This document shows, piece after piece, positions 1 to 15,800 of a DNA stretch of 64,000 bases. Numbering within the stretch: the stretch's first letter is position 1; every line of letters begins with the position of its first letter. The stretch covers positions 19,282,001 through 19,346,000 of the forward strand of contig CM022670.1 in the NCBI GenBank assembly GCA_012295275.1, in the 5' to 3' direction. This stretch comes from Chrysomallon squamiferum. Taxonomy: Eukaryota > Animalia > Mollusca. The translations under genes and the position numbers were made by a program. The notes beneath the pieces were generated by a model. The model made no database searches. It was not told where the DNA came from and worked only from the letters and a program-made list of their open reading frames with translations.

Positions 1-2673
1 AAAATTCAGAGTTTTAAAAGTTAGGGATTAAATGTATAGAATGAATGAAAAATGTAACAGTTTTGAAACACACTGAAAACATTTTCTACTGTGTATTTGT
101 TTATTTATTTAAAATTATTTAAAAAAAAAGTTAATTCCAACCACAAGAAGACTAATATTTTGTGAAAAATACTAAATGAACTTTAAAAATCAAATACAAA
201 CATTAATGAGTAATTTTTTATGAGAAAGCATTAAATTCAGTATTAATTTTTAAAGTTTCAAATTTAAACTACTTTATAACTGACGTGTAATTTTCCACCA
301 TTTTATTTCTTTGAATTATTAAAAGGGATTTATAACAACATGAGGCAATTTAACGTTGATTCTGATAAAAGAAAAATATAAGACAGCAGCTTTGAAAATT
401 CTTACTTCTTGAGACAACAAAATGATGAATATGAAATGTAAAATCTTGCCCACTTTGATTGTTAAAAATAACTTGATTTTCTTCATTACTCTAACACCTT
501 TCCTTAATCAATATAATTTCTTCACAAATTGGCTGAAATCATTTTCCACACACAAAATCTGAATTGCTCAACTGACCGAATCCATAGTGCGAATAATTTC
601 ATTATTAGCTTGCTGGTGGTCAGGCTTAGGCTCATGACTGAATCTCAGAAAACTGCTAGAACTTAATTAATGCTCTTCAATTTAGTATTATTGTAATTAA
701 TAGATGAAATTCCTTGTCCCAAGAGGGTCATGTTTTCTCCATCATTTCCTGTTGTGAGTTTTCAACTTGTGAAGAGTTATTTGATTTACTGTTTTTTCTG
801 GTGATTTCTGAGAACATTAACTGAAGATTTATTGAAATGATACAATGATTTTATCGAAGATTTGTTTGTAATAACTGCTTAAAAGGTACACATATCTTTC
901 ACTTTGGATAAATAGCTTGTATACATCATTCAATCAGATAGTTGAGTTAGAACTGAAAATATTGATAATACTTCATATTATTTGATTTTTAGAAAAGATG
1001 ACATAAATTTATGTACATCTCAAAATATAATTCTGATGTAATTGTGAGCTCTCTTGAAGCAATTAAATACACAATATTTTAAAATAGTATTATTTCTATA
1101 AAAAATATTACAATTTTTAAAAATAAATTATTATGGGTAGTAGAAAATATATTTAAAAAAAATGTTAAACAAAGAATTTTTCAGCAAGTGTTTTCCATTT
1201 TTATAATTTTATTTGTTAAAAATACTGTAGTATTAAATATATGCATAACACATAAAAAACAATGTTATAAATATACCAACTGTTAAATGCTTTCAAATTT
1301 AGTTTTAATATAATTTTTAAAAATTTTAATAATAATAAAAAATATTATTTAATCAAAATAAAAAAATCTTTAACTTTTTACAGTAATAGTAATAATATCA
1401 AGCTTATTTATCTATTCCAAATTTTTGTTGTCTGTCCAAAACTCAAATTAGTCATGGTTAATGAATCTATTGACAGAAGAATTCCAAATATGGCTGCCAT
1501 GTTCTTTCTACCAAATGGTCTGGGCAATAATAAAACACAAAGTTTACAAATAACAGATTTCTCTGTGGGCTTGTTACAATTCAGTTCACAAGAAAGAAAT
1601 GTATTGAGATTGTCAGATTTTGACTCCTGATTCCACACACACACAAATGATCTTTTGTGACATGTTACTGTGTGAAGTCTTTTTGATACATATATCAGCA
1701 TAATCTTCTTATTGGTAACATAAATCCAATACCGCTACTGTGAACCAGGTCTAACTTCTGCAAGGCTTGTATAAAACTATAAGTGTAAATCAGTTAAATT
1801 AATCTATGAGCATTTTTGCATTATGTGTCTTTTTGGGGCTTTTTTTTTAACCCATGACATAAGTATTTAATTTGAATTCTGTCAGTTTCAAAAAATAAAT
1901 AAACCACTGTGTGTGTCTGTGTGTGTGTGTGTGTGTGTGTGTAAATAACCACAAAATAATCCTACAGCTCTTAATATAAAAATTTAAACAGATTTTATTT
2001 ACATTGGTTTTTTTCCAGTATCTTTAGTCTTATTGTTATACTAAAAAAAAAAAAAAAAAAAAATAAATAAAAAATAAATAAATAAACTCATAAAAAAAAA
2101 AAAAAAATTAATAATAATAATAAAAAAATTTTTTTTTTTTTTTTAGAAATAAGTTAAAGCAACAAGATCTATATTGACCAGACTTTTTTTTTTCAAATGA
2201 AATGACATGTATAATTGGCTACATATTAAAAAAAAAAATTTTTTCTCACTAATGATGTTTGACTTTGTCACTGTGTCAACATAATTATCCAAAATATGTA
2301 GACATTCACGTACATGTCAAAGTATCGGATACTAAACATCCACATACCAGATTTACATTCAGACTAATATTATGAGACTTTGATTTATATTTTATTTACT
2401 GTTAAAGACAAGGTGCTTTGTGTAGAACTTGGTTCTGGAATATTTGCCTCATGTGTGGTAGACTGCAAGATCAGTCCTAAACTGGAACACACTTTGGTTT
2501 GATTTTCTCATTCCATTTCATATTTTGAATAAGTGTTTTATAATGTGTTAACTTGTTTATTTATATATTTTTATAATTCATAAACTGGGGTAATTTAACT
2601 TATACCACCATTTTTATCCTAACAACACCTTCTTCAACCTTTTCACAACTTTTCAAGACACTCACAGAAAAAA

Positions 2674-2728
2674 GAATAAATACTTAATGACACCTGAGAA
2701 CAAAAATACACCGTCTAACAATAGTCAG
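2674..2728 (-). mobile_element. Decayed inverse copy of the same SINE-like tail
   Basis: GAATAAATACTTAATGACACCTGAGAACAAAAATACACCGTCTA aligns by eye to the reverse complement of 42038-42104. Confidence 0.4.
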
Positions 2729-5404
2729 AAATAAATACCCCTTGTACAACATGCTCAAACTTTATCCAATACACCAAATATACATGAAGCATAAAAATCA
2801 TAAAAGAAATAGCTGTTCTGAAAAAAAAATAACTGAGAGACAAAACGTCTGTTCTGACAGTTTTTTGCTCTGCCAGTTCAAGGTGTATATCCTCCTAACA
2901 GGCAATGTTGGCCTTTTTTACATTTTTTTTTTCATGTCTACATCTCTCACTTCATTACACCAAAACACAATGGTGTTGGTAATCATATATTTTCCTGCCA
3001 GGTAAAATATGACACTACATTATTGTCCGAGTTAGTGGTGTAAGCTATGTCAGTCTGCATGGAAATGATATGATTGATTTTTATAAACAATGTCATTGTT
3101 GTTGTCATATGTAAATATATGTTTTCAGAAACAAAATGGTGTGGGAAAGGTTACCAACAGATTTTAAAATACTGTGGAACAAATTTTAATTTCTGACACT
3201 GAATAAAGCAACAAGTTTTTATCAAAAGATATTTAGAAAAAGTTTGTTTTTCATCTCAAGACATTCAAAAACTGTTGATGATTTTAATGATAAAATTATT
3301 GAAAAACATGAAGGTTTTCAAAAATAAAATAAAATAAAATAAAATAAAAATATTAATACATATTATTATTTTTAACTTCCAGCCGTGTTTCAGTTTTTAT
3401 GCTTTAATATCCAATAAACAAAAGTTATGCTGTATTGTTTGTTTTTCTTTTTAAGAAACTTTCTATAAATAAATAATAAAATGTATGTATATTTTTTAAA
3501 CATATAACTGATCTGACACAAATGTATATCATTTGACATATTTCTGATTGTCTTTTGTTACATTTTAGAAAACAATACTAAATTATTCTATCTCTGTCTA
3601 GATATGAAATTAATATTTCCTCTAAATATAAAATTAAATTTCTCTTTAAATATCATGCATATAACGTAGTCATTGATTCCATTGACAAGCTGACACAGAT
3701 CCTGTTAATTACAAAAATTACATTTACAACACACATTTCACTGAATACCATCAACTCTGTGTGGTGCTTCTTGAATGCAACACCACCATCCAATGAATCC
3801 ATCTGTTACCTGGTCAACAAGTACAGTTGCTTTATTTTATTTTATGACATTCCTGCTACAGTTCAGTCTGTGGTATATATATAAAAAAGTTTTACCATTC
3901 CATCAACAGGTGTTTCAAACAATATGGTTTATGCTTTTATGCAAGTGTGTATGTAAAATTCTGATTGTCATTGACATGTAAAAGTAATGAATGACATTTC
4001 CTTCATCTTATCTTCATTATTTTCACACATTCAGTTCATGGTTAATGCCATATCAAGTGTGGCATTCATTGAAAAAAAAAAAAAAAAAAAAAAAAATTCC
4101 GTTCCAGACATGGCATACATGTGTATGCTTGTAGAAAAGTTTGTGTAAAACTACAACTGCTGCAGATATGTAGAAGATAGTAAATGAAATTTAATTTTTC
4201 TTATCATCATCATTATCATACAGCCGATCTGTGCTTCAAGCACACAATATATGGCATTCATATAGAAAGTTATTTTATCCACTGCCCTGTGACTAATTTA
4301 TCAAATTAAATGGTATGTGTTTTCATGCTTGTAGCACAGTGCAGATATAAAATCATAATTACTTCTGAATGTTTTCTATGGTCTTTGAGATTCTTCTCTC
4401 TTACCTTCATTATTCTCATATACTAAAATTATAATTCAGATGTGTAATATTTTTGGCAAATCATATTACACTAACAGCAGTTATAACTTACTATTTAACT
4501 AAAGTAACATTTTTAGAATGAAGGAATTATAATAATTACAGTTTAAAACACTGCCACAATTAATTTTCTTTACAAATTCACATTATTAATTTAGATTTTT
4601 CAGATTTTTATTCTGGAAACAATAAAGTTAGTGAGTTATTTGCTTTAAATATTTTTATTACATAAGATTTGATAAAGGTAACTTTACATTACTATAAATT
4701 TTCTATATATATTAACATGAAAAAAAGTAATGTAACATTCTCTCATTTTGTTTATATACATATGAATTTTTTTTTAAACCTAGTCTAATCAAATACAGAA
4801 ATGATCTACTTAAATAATAGACATTTCTTTAATATCATAATAATTTATATACACATATTATTTATTTTATTATTACTTTTTTCTTCTCTTTTTTTTTAAC
4901 ACTCAGATATAGCATAAATAATGACCTATTATAAAATATATATTTCTTTAACTCTTCGCAAAATATAATTATATCTTCTTTTTTCTTCTTCTAAATAATT
5001 TCTAATATATAAAAAAATGTTATGGAATAAAGAAAAGTTATTTTCCTATTACAAATGATAATAAGCACACAAAAATGCTTGTTTCTGTGAAGTCCACCTG
5101 AAAAAATACATTTTCTGAGTTCAACCATGCATCACTTGAATGAAATAAAGGAAATGTTGATGTATTATCTGGCAAGAGAGAAATATTCATATAAACTGGC
5201 AGGAGGCAATGATGTAGAGAAGACGTTAACAACTACAACAGAATTAAACACTGCTTGATGTTGCTCCACTGGTCTACGCCCACCAGCTTTTCACACAGTG
5301 CAAGTAACCCCACCATTCTGTGTGATAGCAGACTATTGGTTAACTAGCTAGTTAATAGTTTGAAGTCGGTAATTGATGGTTGTGTAAAACTGTTCTTAAA
5401 ACAT

Positions 5405-5528
5405 GTAAGAATTTGTGAGAGGCAGGTTATAGGTTATTTTTTTTTTTTTTTTTTTTTTTTTTGTAAAACTTTACTTAAAATAAGTAAGAAATCCTGAGAG
5501 GCAGGTTACAGGTTATTTTTTGTAAAGC
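5405..5528. repeat. Short tandem duplication with expanded poly-T
   Basis: GTAAGAA...TGAGAGGCAGGTTA(T/C)AGGTTATTTT(n)GTAAA twice. Confidence 0.8.
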
Positions 5529-8500
5529 TGAAATTATCTGTAACTTGTTATTGGTCATTTCTATAAAAATATTATTACAATGTGAAAGGCTAGTTGTAGG
5601 CTGTTTCTTAATATTAAGCTGTGTACTTATTTGTAAAAAAATTATACAAAAAATCTGAGTAACAAAAAACATGTTATGATTTTTGATAATCCAGTCATGC
5701 TGCTGGAACAAGTACACCATCTACTGTATACAGAGTCGAAGACTGATCCTTGGAACCCATCATAAATGAATAATTGAAACATGTTACAGAATCAGATTAT
5801 TAGGCCATATTATAATAACACCAAGTGAACTGAAGACTACAGAAAAGAAGTGGACCGATTAACACATGTGATGTTGGTTATCTCTCCCAAGGCAATAAAG
5901 TTAATTTTACTCTTGGTTTATTTTCACTGGACCGGTTTAGAGTTCAAACAACCAATGTTGAAAGTCTTCCCTTGAACATTTTTATTGCAAATAAATATAC
6001 TTGACCTTTTCAGTCTGGGTTGCAATTGCAAAGAATGCTTTATTTTATGAGGAAAACAAACAGGCAGTCTGGTTGTGTAGCAACTAAAGAATTAATGTGT
6101 AAACAAACAAAATGACAGCATGGTGATTTGATACCCACTAAAATGGTAAAAGAATGTGAGGTGAAATCATGATACTATCTATTTGGTATTCTAAAGAGAA
6201 AAGCTGCTATAGAAAATTACATAGGTAAACTCCTCTGATGCTAACTAGATGTTATCTAAGTAAACTGGATCACTTTTATTATATCACATATTGTGCTTAC
6301 AGACATTAATTTAAGAAGATGCCATTTTCAGATTTTGGTTATCAAATAAACATAGCATTTCTCTCATCACACACACATACACACACACACACACACACAC
6401 AATCATACAAATTAATATAAAGAATAAAATAATATATTTTTATTGACATATTTTAATATTAACAGTTATTATATGTTAAGCAAATATATATATCATTTTA
6501 AAACATAATATGGTGATTATGTAAGAGAAACCCACTATTTATAGGCTTTATAATGAGACTCAAATATATATTACAATGATACATTTGTCAAGATGTCTAA
6601 TTTTCATTTTCTATGTATATATATAGCTAGATATATAGTAAATACGTTATGTATTTGAGTATCTATCTCTAAACTGTATATGTAACTTAAACATATATAT
6701 ATATATATATATTTGTTTTCTCCTTACAAATGAAATACTATTACAGCTTCTATACTCCACATTCAAAATGAGTCAACCTACATTTAACACAAAGAAACTT
6801 TAATACCCAGTGGGCTGTACTTGCCTGAATATTGAACAATGAGGTATTAACCTGTGAAATATCAGATACATACTGTTCTGCACAGACAGTACCCATGCCC
6901 CATCAAAGACTGTGCAGTGGTTATAAAACAGTAATAAAGTGGACATTAAAAAGCAACACAGGTACTTATCAACAAATACCTCTTTTACATTGGATCTGTT
7001 AAACTGCTCTGAGTGATTTACCAAGCTAGATACAGCCACTGTGTACAATGATTAAGAAAAACTTGTTTGCTTTTTTTTATTTATTTTTTTATGGCAGGTC
7101 TTTATTACTTGTTGATATTTGTCCAAAATCAGTTGATGTCTTTAACCATTATCACATCTAGTTTTATAATCATTTTGTTTTGAGGTCTTTTTTGGATGGG
7201 GTTCTTTTTTCTTTCTTTTTGTTTGTTTGGAATTGAATCTTATAAAACTGGTTATTAAATTGGATGTAATGGGCTAGACTGGGTTATTGTTTCCTTAATT
7301 ATTTTAATGGCACCTCAATACATATTTACAATGACAGGTATTAAGTTATCAAATACATGATACCTGCAACATGTGGTAAGAAAACAAATATTTAATGATT
7401 TCATGTAAGACTGTTTAACCAAGATTTTCCGTTTGAGCGGAATCAGTTTTGTCTGTGCTGGATTCACAGAATAAGAAAACAAACATATTAAACTTTTATG
7501 TTGTAAGACATGGCTTAAAAAATCATTATAGCTTTTTCACCCCAAAACCCACTATTACTATTATTATTATTATTATTATTATTATTATCATCACTGCTAT
7601 TATTTTTACTGTTATAGTTGTTGTTATTTATCATCATCATCATCAACATGTAATGATGATGATGATAATTTTTACTGTAACTACTACATAAACTCATTGA
7701 AAACTTAATACAATCACAATAAACAAATAATAACACACAAACACCAAAAAAAATAATTTAAAAACAAACCCTTGTTTTTCATAACATTTCACCAGATGGC
7801 AAAAACAACTTTGTCTCAACACAAGCACATCAAACATTATACAAACATTATATTTGCACATGATCTGAAGAGAGAATTTTTCAACAAATATGTGTGTTCT
7901 TCTGACAAAATGTATTCTGACTAGTCATTCTATCGAGACTTTCTCGCAGGTCAAGCACTTGTGATGATTGCTTAGCTGCAATAAAACACATGCAGTGTTC
8001 TGTGTTATTGGCTGTTAGCACATGCAATATAAATGAAATTCAATTATCTTTTATCGCTTAAGTGATAAAAATGTCCCAACTCTAAAACTGCAAGTGTAAA
8101 AAATTATTCTGTTATTGTTGTGTTAATTCTATTTACAGGTATTAAATGTACACTGCACTGTCTAAACTAGCAATTATTTGAATACAAAAATAACATGCCC
8201 AAGTCAAAAAAAAAAAATAATAATAATAATAATAATCATAATAAATAAAAATAAAAAACAAAATAGAAAAAAATAATATAATAATAATAAAAAACTGGAT
8301 GATATGGAATTACAACAAATTTAAAAATTAGTAACATATTGCAGCTATAAAAATAATGAGAGGGAGCATTATAAAATCTGAAATATACATTAACAGTTAA
8401 TGATTTGTATGAGAAAAAAAAGAAGTAAAGAAGGAGGATAAAAAAGAATTAATAACAGCTATGAAAAATAGAAAGGAAAATAAGAAAAATGAATAAAATT

Positions 8501-11500
8501 AAAATAAATAAACAAAAGAACCAAAAACAAAAGAAAGAATGTAAGAAACAATAAAAATATGCAGGTTAATTCTCAAGTTCAAATCACTTCAGTTCTAGTG
8601 CACATAAAGTTATTCATTTTTCTTAAACATGGCTCCAAATTGATAAAGTTTGTTTTATTAATGCATATTTTAAACCTGCATATTAAATTTATTTTATTCC
8701 TCATTTCATAATTTTATTCAAACAGACTAAATATATTTCACCATGTGGATTAAACAAGTGGCATGATGGGAATGGATTCAACAAGCTTTGTCACTTAAAA
8801 TTATCATCTGATTATGCTTCTAATGCCATATTTTGTAGGACTTTTTCATAAGATGAATAACTTAATCACCAAGACCTGTTTGACTTAATATGACAAATCA
8901 ACATATCAAATAAATGGAGCAAGGTGACATCTGAATATGAAAAAAAGAAAGAAAAGAAAGCAAATAAAAAGACTACAGTACACATACTACATGTGCATAA
9001 ACAGAAAGGTGCAGAATAATATCAATACCCATTAAAAAAATGTTCTCTGCCTAATGATTAAGTGTTAGAAGTCAATGAAATTATTTCAGCAGAGAAATTA
9101 AAGCAGTTAAATCATTAATTTTAAAAATGTAATAATAAATAACAAAAATAGATATTGCAGATGAAATTAAATTACATTTTACAAAGATGTTTTTGTTAAA
9201 GAAAAAAAATAAGATGTGATTATCAAGCAATGAATAATTTAATTTAAAAAAAAATTCTTTATAATGTTGTAAATATTACCAGCCTCTAAGGTCACATTCT
9301 GGTATAATAACTTTTCACAAAATAATATTGTTGGTTGATAGATATTTGTTACAGCTTAGTAGCAAAGCATTTCTTACAGTGATATAACTAATGCTGTGTC
9401 TAGGACAAGCAAAACTGAACTGAAAATATTTATACATTTTGTTTTTAAAAACACGAAAACAAGAACCTACAAATATATGAAATAAGATACTTTTATTTTT
9501 ATCTTTTTTGTTACAAATTCACTTCAGATAGTTTAAGTGAAGGCCTGGAGCTGTGATGAAAGTGGATAACAACTATTATCTGCTCTGTGTGTTCGTGTGA
9601 CTGCAGAATCCATTGATGACAGTGCAAGAAGTAGTAAATGCTCACTTAACTGGTGAGATTGTCATCAGATGGGATACGATAGCTCTATTTACACCAATGT
9701 GCCCCAAGACAAACACTCTGACACTAGACTAAACGAATCATGGTGGATATTTTCTTACACCATTCATTGCTATTTCATTTTCTTCTTCCATCAAGCATGA
9801 ATAATTGTCCCAGGAAACCTTTGAGCAATAAAACAAAAAAAGAAAAAAAAATCTCTAAAAAAAAAACCCACCACCACCATCAATCCTGTATCTAACACTA
9901 CCTGATGTGATTGTTTATTTTTAATAGCTCAGGATTAATAGCCATTTTACAGCAGTTTAAAAACATAAAAAGTCAAAATGTTCATTAATAAAAGAATATA
10001 AGTGGTGTCTGATGAAAAATGTGATTACTGTATATAAAAGGAAACAAATGCTATAAAATGTGTCAAAATCTCTGAGACTTCATAAAAATAAAGACTTCAT
10101 TAAAAAAAACTATTTTTTAAAATTATTATATCTTGTTTTTACTATATATTTTTTATGTTGGATCCATTTTCTATAAAAGAGCTGTGGAATGATTTTGCTT
10201 AAAAACATCTTTATTTATATGCTATTTTTCAGCATGTTGTGAATTTAATTGAACCTAAAAAATTCAGTTATTTCTGTGGCAGTTGTGAATGAATTAATTT
10301 TGGTAGTTATAATTAGATTATTCTACAATTTAAATTAAAATACAAATTATATGGCAATGCATAAAATTAACAGTAGATAAATAATGAATAAATGTTTAAT
10401 GATCATTAAGACAAAACTGCTGTCAGAGTTAAATAAATGAAACTAGTCTATATTGCCTTACAATCACAATTAATAGAAGCTGAAATAATAGATTAATATA
10501 TAAAAAAAGGTTTTAGAATATTTTATTATTATTACTGTACATTTTTTTCATTTTTAAAAAAAAGTGTTATTGTCACATTCAGTTTTTATAACAGTATTCT
10601 GAAATAAAGTAAATTTGTTAAATTTGTTTTTCACTCAAACTATTATTAATTTTGTCTTGGTTTCTTTCCATCAAAAAATAAATACTATGGTCTAAGAGCT
10701 ATGTAATTATCTGGCATTAATGACTGAGTATAAAAACTAAAAAATAGACACACACATAAACCTTGGTTAGTGACAAAGTAATGAGAACAATGCCTCTGTA
10801 TTAACTGCAATTAGGAACAAAACATGAACCAAGCCTGCTTTTCTCTTTAAAGAAATTTAAAAGAATATTCCAGATTAAGTAGGCCTTGTCCACTGTCCAC
10901 TCCTGCAGATATAATTCAGTGAAGACCAGAGAGAAAGAGAAGGGGAAATAAGCTCCAATCAAGAGCCATACATTGATGCATCTGGGATGCCCTGCTGGGC
11001 AAGGACTTTGTTGGGATTACTGCTGCTTCAGGCTACTGAAGGAATCGGGGAAGTGTGTGTCTGCTTTGCAGTACTGACACAAGCCCAATATATGTGACCT
11101 AAACCATTGTAAAAGATTTTCACCAGTTTGTGGTTGGTTTTTTTTAGATAGAAGGTGTCTAGTTGTTCATGGGTGGAAAGTATCCAGTGGATCTTAGTGG
11201 CAATGTAAATAGATTTTGGGTGGGGAATATCAATTCATGGGGGTGGATCTCAAACAAATCTCAATTTTAAGGACTAGGAGAAGAACAGATAATATGGTGA
11301 CACATAGGTTGTAAATCCATTGAGATGGAAGCAAACCTGTTACTGGCCTAATTTATTGCACATATTAGGTCCAAAATGTTAATGTCTAGTCATATTTTAT
11401 AAACAGTAATTTCCCTGCTGTGAAAAGCACATTATCCAAACTACCAGTTATATTTATTAACAGTATAATTTACTGGTCTGACATTTTTTGGATTTCATTC

Positions 11501-12035
11501 AAAAGATCTGTAATTTCACCATCCTGTTTTTTTCATTCATCGTCATGCCTGTCAATAAAGAAATAAAAGTTCTATCTTGGTATTCTTTTTATTAATTTTA
11601 ATTTCTAAATTAATACTTTTATCATGTATTAATCATATAATGAAACCTCCATTTCAATTAACAGAATTCTTTGTGCCACCTGAATTAATCTTTGTCAATA
11701 AAATACACATTATTCAACAGCACACACTAAATGCAATAGATGTGTCAGAAGATGAATAGTCGTGCAAATGCTTTTATTACAGTGTCATAACTGCACCTAA
11801 GCTGATTATACATGATAAAATTACCTTGGAGGCTATTAGGTGCAGTATTTAAAAAAATAAAAAATATAACAGTGATTTAGATACTACCTAAATACTGGCT
11901 TTCTGAAAACAAATACTCATGTTTTATCTTCATCTTCAGATATATGAACCAACATATAATAAAAGTTTTAAAAAATATTATATTTTATAGTTTATCAGTT
12001 TTAACTACCTAAAATTGAGCAATATTTCTTTAAGC

Positions 12036-12205
12036 ATACCTGTATATGATCAATTATTTTTATGAACATTCCTGAACAAATCAATTATTTTCATTAACTC
12101 ACTGAATAAACATTATTTTATGACATGTATACAATCAAATACTTTTTATTAACTTACTTGTTTATGATCAATTATTTTCATGAACATACATAACTATGAA
12201 CATAC
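12036..12205. repeat. Degenerate ~30-bp minisatellite
   Basis: Recurrent ATCAATTATTTT(C)AT(G/T)AAC core, about 5 copies. Confidence 0.65.
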
Positions 12206-15200
12206 TTAATTTGTTTAGAATAAATTTCCTTTTTTTTTCTTTGTAAGTATAAACCAGATATGTTTTATTTTTTATTTATTTAGTATCATTATTTTGTATA
12301 TTTTTCTTTTTAATGATGACGTAACTGAATAGCAAGACTTTTAAATAGACAATTAAAATATGGTGTTTTGTGGCCAAAACCTTCAACAGAAAAGAAAACA
12401 AACTTGAACTTTGTTTCTTCTTCTTGTTTTTTTGTAACCAACCATCTATTTTGTAGGCTGCAGTTAAAATCCATGTGCTTCTATGTCTGTGGGAGCCAAG
12501 TTTATCTGAGATAATCTGCTCTGTATTTAATCAGAAACACCCTTTACAAGCAAAGATTTCCTCACTGGCTTGAATCCTTCAAGGCTGAAGATCCTTCTTG
12601 CTTGGCCAAGTGAGTATTTACTTGGATAAAAATATGTTCAAAACCAAGAACTTCTTCAAAAACGTCTGTATTTTCAGTTGGACATTTTCAGTTTTACTGA
12701 ATTAATTTCTGTTGTAATTATTGTCAGTAATATATTGAGCTTAAGTTAATATGGCCTTGCTAAAGGTGATATAGAAAGATCTGTTGATTTCAAATCCAAA
12801 TACTATAACCTTCCCATAATAAATAGCAATGAAAGGATAAGAAAATGTCTTTATTAGTTCACTAATATACCAATCTAATTTTTAAATAGATCCAAAACCA
12901 TAAATTTTGTAACAGAAATATAAATGATAGAAGGCATAAATTAATACTGTTGAAATGTCATTACAGATAAATCACATTTTAATATATCTATATATATCTC
13001 AGATAGACTGATAGGTATAACATGATGAAGATACAATTTAATTGTAAAATTAGAAAAACAATATAAATATCAAGATAAAGATTAAATAATGTTGGGCTTG
13101 TTTATTTCACACAACTAAAACTAATATCTACTTAAATATAACTTGTTTTTAATTATAAAAAAAATACTAATAAATATTGGGTTTTTGGGGGTTTAAATTA
13201 AAATCTCCACTATAGTGCAATTAATCTTTATTCAAATTAAATCCTTTTGGATAAATATTCATTCCACAACAGTTTATTCATAATCAGTTGTGACATTCCC
13301 TGCTATAAAATATGTGAAAGTATGAACAATTCTTTCCATTACAAAATGTTAAGTGTATATTCTTTTCATGACCACATTAACAAAATGTTATTGATTCTTA
13401 TATTCTATTTCTTGAATGATCCCATTATGATAGATGTCACATTACAGAATTTGTATTCATTGGCAAAACCTTCCACCATAACACATTAAGGGTAAATTTC
13501 TTTCATAACTATCACACAAATATTTTTATTCTACCACAATCTCTACCAAAACGATATCCTAAGATATACTCCTTTTGCAGTCACATCACCACAGATGTCA
13601 TATTCCCTGCCACAAGACTTATCAACAATGCCCACCACTGCAACATCGAAGGTAAAAACCTGTGAAATTTTCGCCCTGCTATGATCAGTTTGCCTGACCT
13701 GAAGCTAACCCCCACCTGCCTGTTTCATTGTGTCAGTCTCGTTTCTCAGTGCTAGGACCCATCTGTGGGGACCCACTACATTCACCTGGACACACACGCT
13801 CAATGAATAAGCCAGTGAGACAGCTGAATGGCGTGTAATATTTTCCATATGATCAAGTATTGAATTTTGTGTGTGCCAAACTATCGAAAACACACAACAG
13901 CAATTCATGCCTTAGTTGAATAGATAATGATTTCTGTTATCACTATTATGAAGTCAGAAGATTTATTTTAAATATTTTTATTTATTTATATTCTTCAAGA
14001 TCATTATTATCAGAGAATTTTTTTTTTTAAATGGCAAGAAAACAATTGTTGCACTTGATTTTTTTTTAACAAGGAAAACAAACATTATTTAAAAAAATAT
14101 ATAAATAAGATCATAAAATAAAAAGAAAGATAGATTGCAGATTTAGCATTATCTGTGAAAGGTCAGAAACAGCATGGGTGTAATATCTTTCACTGAACTA
14201 ATCATAACATCGTAACAAATATGCATGCACTACCCAAAGTTATCACATTGTTTAAGACCAATAAAATATTTTCAATTCATTTGCTGCCAACAATGAAACA
14301 AGAGTGCATAAGACTAGCCTGCCATTTGTTAAATATATATCTAATCAATATGTTAATATGATTTATCATTATTTTGAACATGAGTGAAATTATACTGAAG
14401 GGTTGTATTTGAAGGCAGTATTTGTTACCATTGGTACCATTGTTATGTGTAATCTGCTGCTACTTTTGCTATTGTTTCAAAATAGTAATAACAATAATAA
14501 GAATAAAAAATAGAAATAAAAATAAAATAAAATGAAATTTCACTAACAATAACAGGTTATTATTAAGATCAGCAAATGAAGACTTATTATATGCAGCTTT
14601 CCAGCTTTACTTTTTTCGACATGAAAACATTTAAAGATTAAAGTAAGTAATGCTTCGGTGATTTCTGGGGTAATCCCTTCAAACCATCAACCCCTATACT
14701 AAAATGTATGATATTATATTACTCAACTTTGGAATACAAATGTAATTTCAGTGTACTTTATTTCCAGCAGCTATGATTTTTCTCTCCAGTTTTTGTATTT
14801 TAAAGCCATCACCTGAAATTTCAGACACTTTATTTTTGAATTTATGTTGTTTCATTGTCACTAAATACTATTACACCTGCCACTCTAGGAAAAGAATTGT
14901 ACATAAAATGTTATTTACCTTCAAATACTTTTCTAGATGTTACAATAAAAACCACATTTGAGAATGCTACAAGTCATCAATAAATAATGAAAGATTATAA
15001 TTTAGAAAAGAATTTTTTCCTTCATTCTGTTAACAAATTTGGAAACTAGAAATGTCAGACATAAAATAACTTGTCCAGGTCAAGATTTATGGATGATATT
15101 ATACTTTTAGTGAATTATTAGACTGGAACTAAAAATTTATCAGTTGTGTGTATGTGAGGATATGTAGATATATTGCTGACTAAATTTTATACATAAACAC

Positions 15201-15800
15201 CTTTCTTTTGAATTAGCTGAAGCATAACTATTTATCTTTTTTATTTATTATTGTTTTTTTAATTTCTGTTTAATTTTGCTTGAACAAATTTGTAAAATAA
15301 TTCTCTGTTCTTAATAACAGCCATTGTAATTTATTCTCAATCATGGAAATATCTTCAACGGATACAAACATGTTGTGAGAACACTCATCTTGATGCCTAC
15401 ACTATTTGCATTAGCAAGAGTTAGTATATTAGAGAAGTGTAGAAAAGCCTTGTATTCTTTCACCTCACTAATTATATAGTTTTTAAAATTTGCTCGTTGC
15501 AGATTCTTAGCTATGTACAATCTCAGAACTTAGCAGTTTAAATGCCAATGACTTAACCACTATACACAAGTTTTTACCAATGTATGATTGATCATACAAT
15601 CTATTAGTTTAAATGCCACTAAGTTAACCATTTCTGTTCCTTGGGGTGTAACAGCATTTGATCATACTGGCTATCAGTGGAAAGGCCAATGTCTTAACAC
15701 TCACTGCTACATTTGAGGTTCATGGAACATTGTCTTTAATCACTCAACTGCTACATATCATTTAAATTCAGGTTATTTGGAACATGCACTGCTCTTCTTT

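Noticed and set aside
7449-7736. Overlapping ORFs with poly-I, poly-N and poly-H
   Set aside because: Translation of (TAT)n and (CAT)n microsatellites
12036-12205. CRISPR-like repeat-spacer pattern
   Set aside because: Degenerate AT-rich minisatellite in a eukaryotic intron, with no fixed repeat and no cas genes
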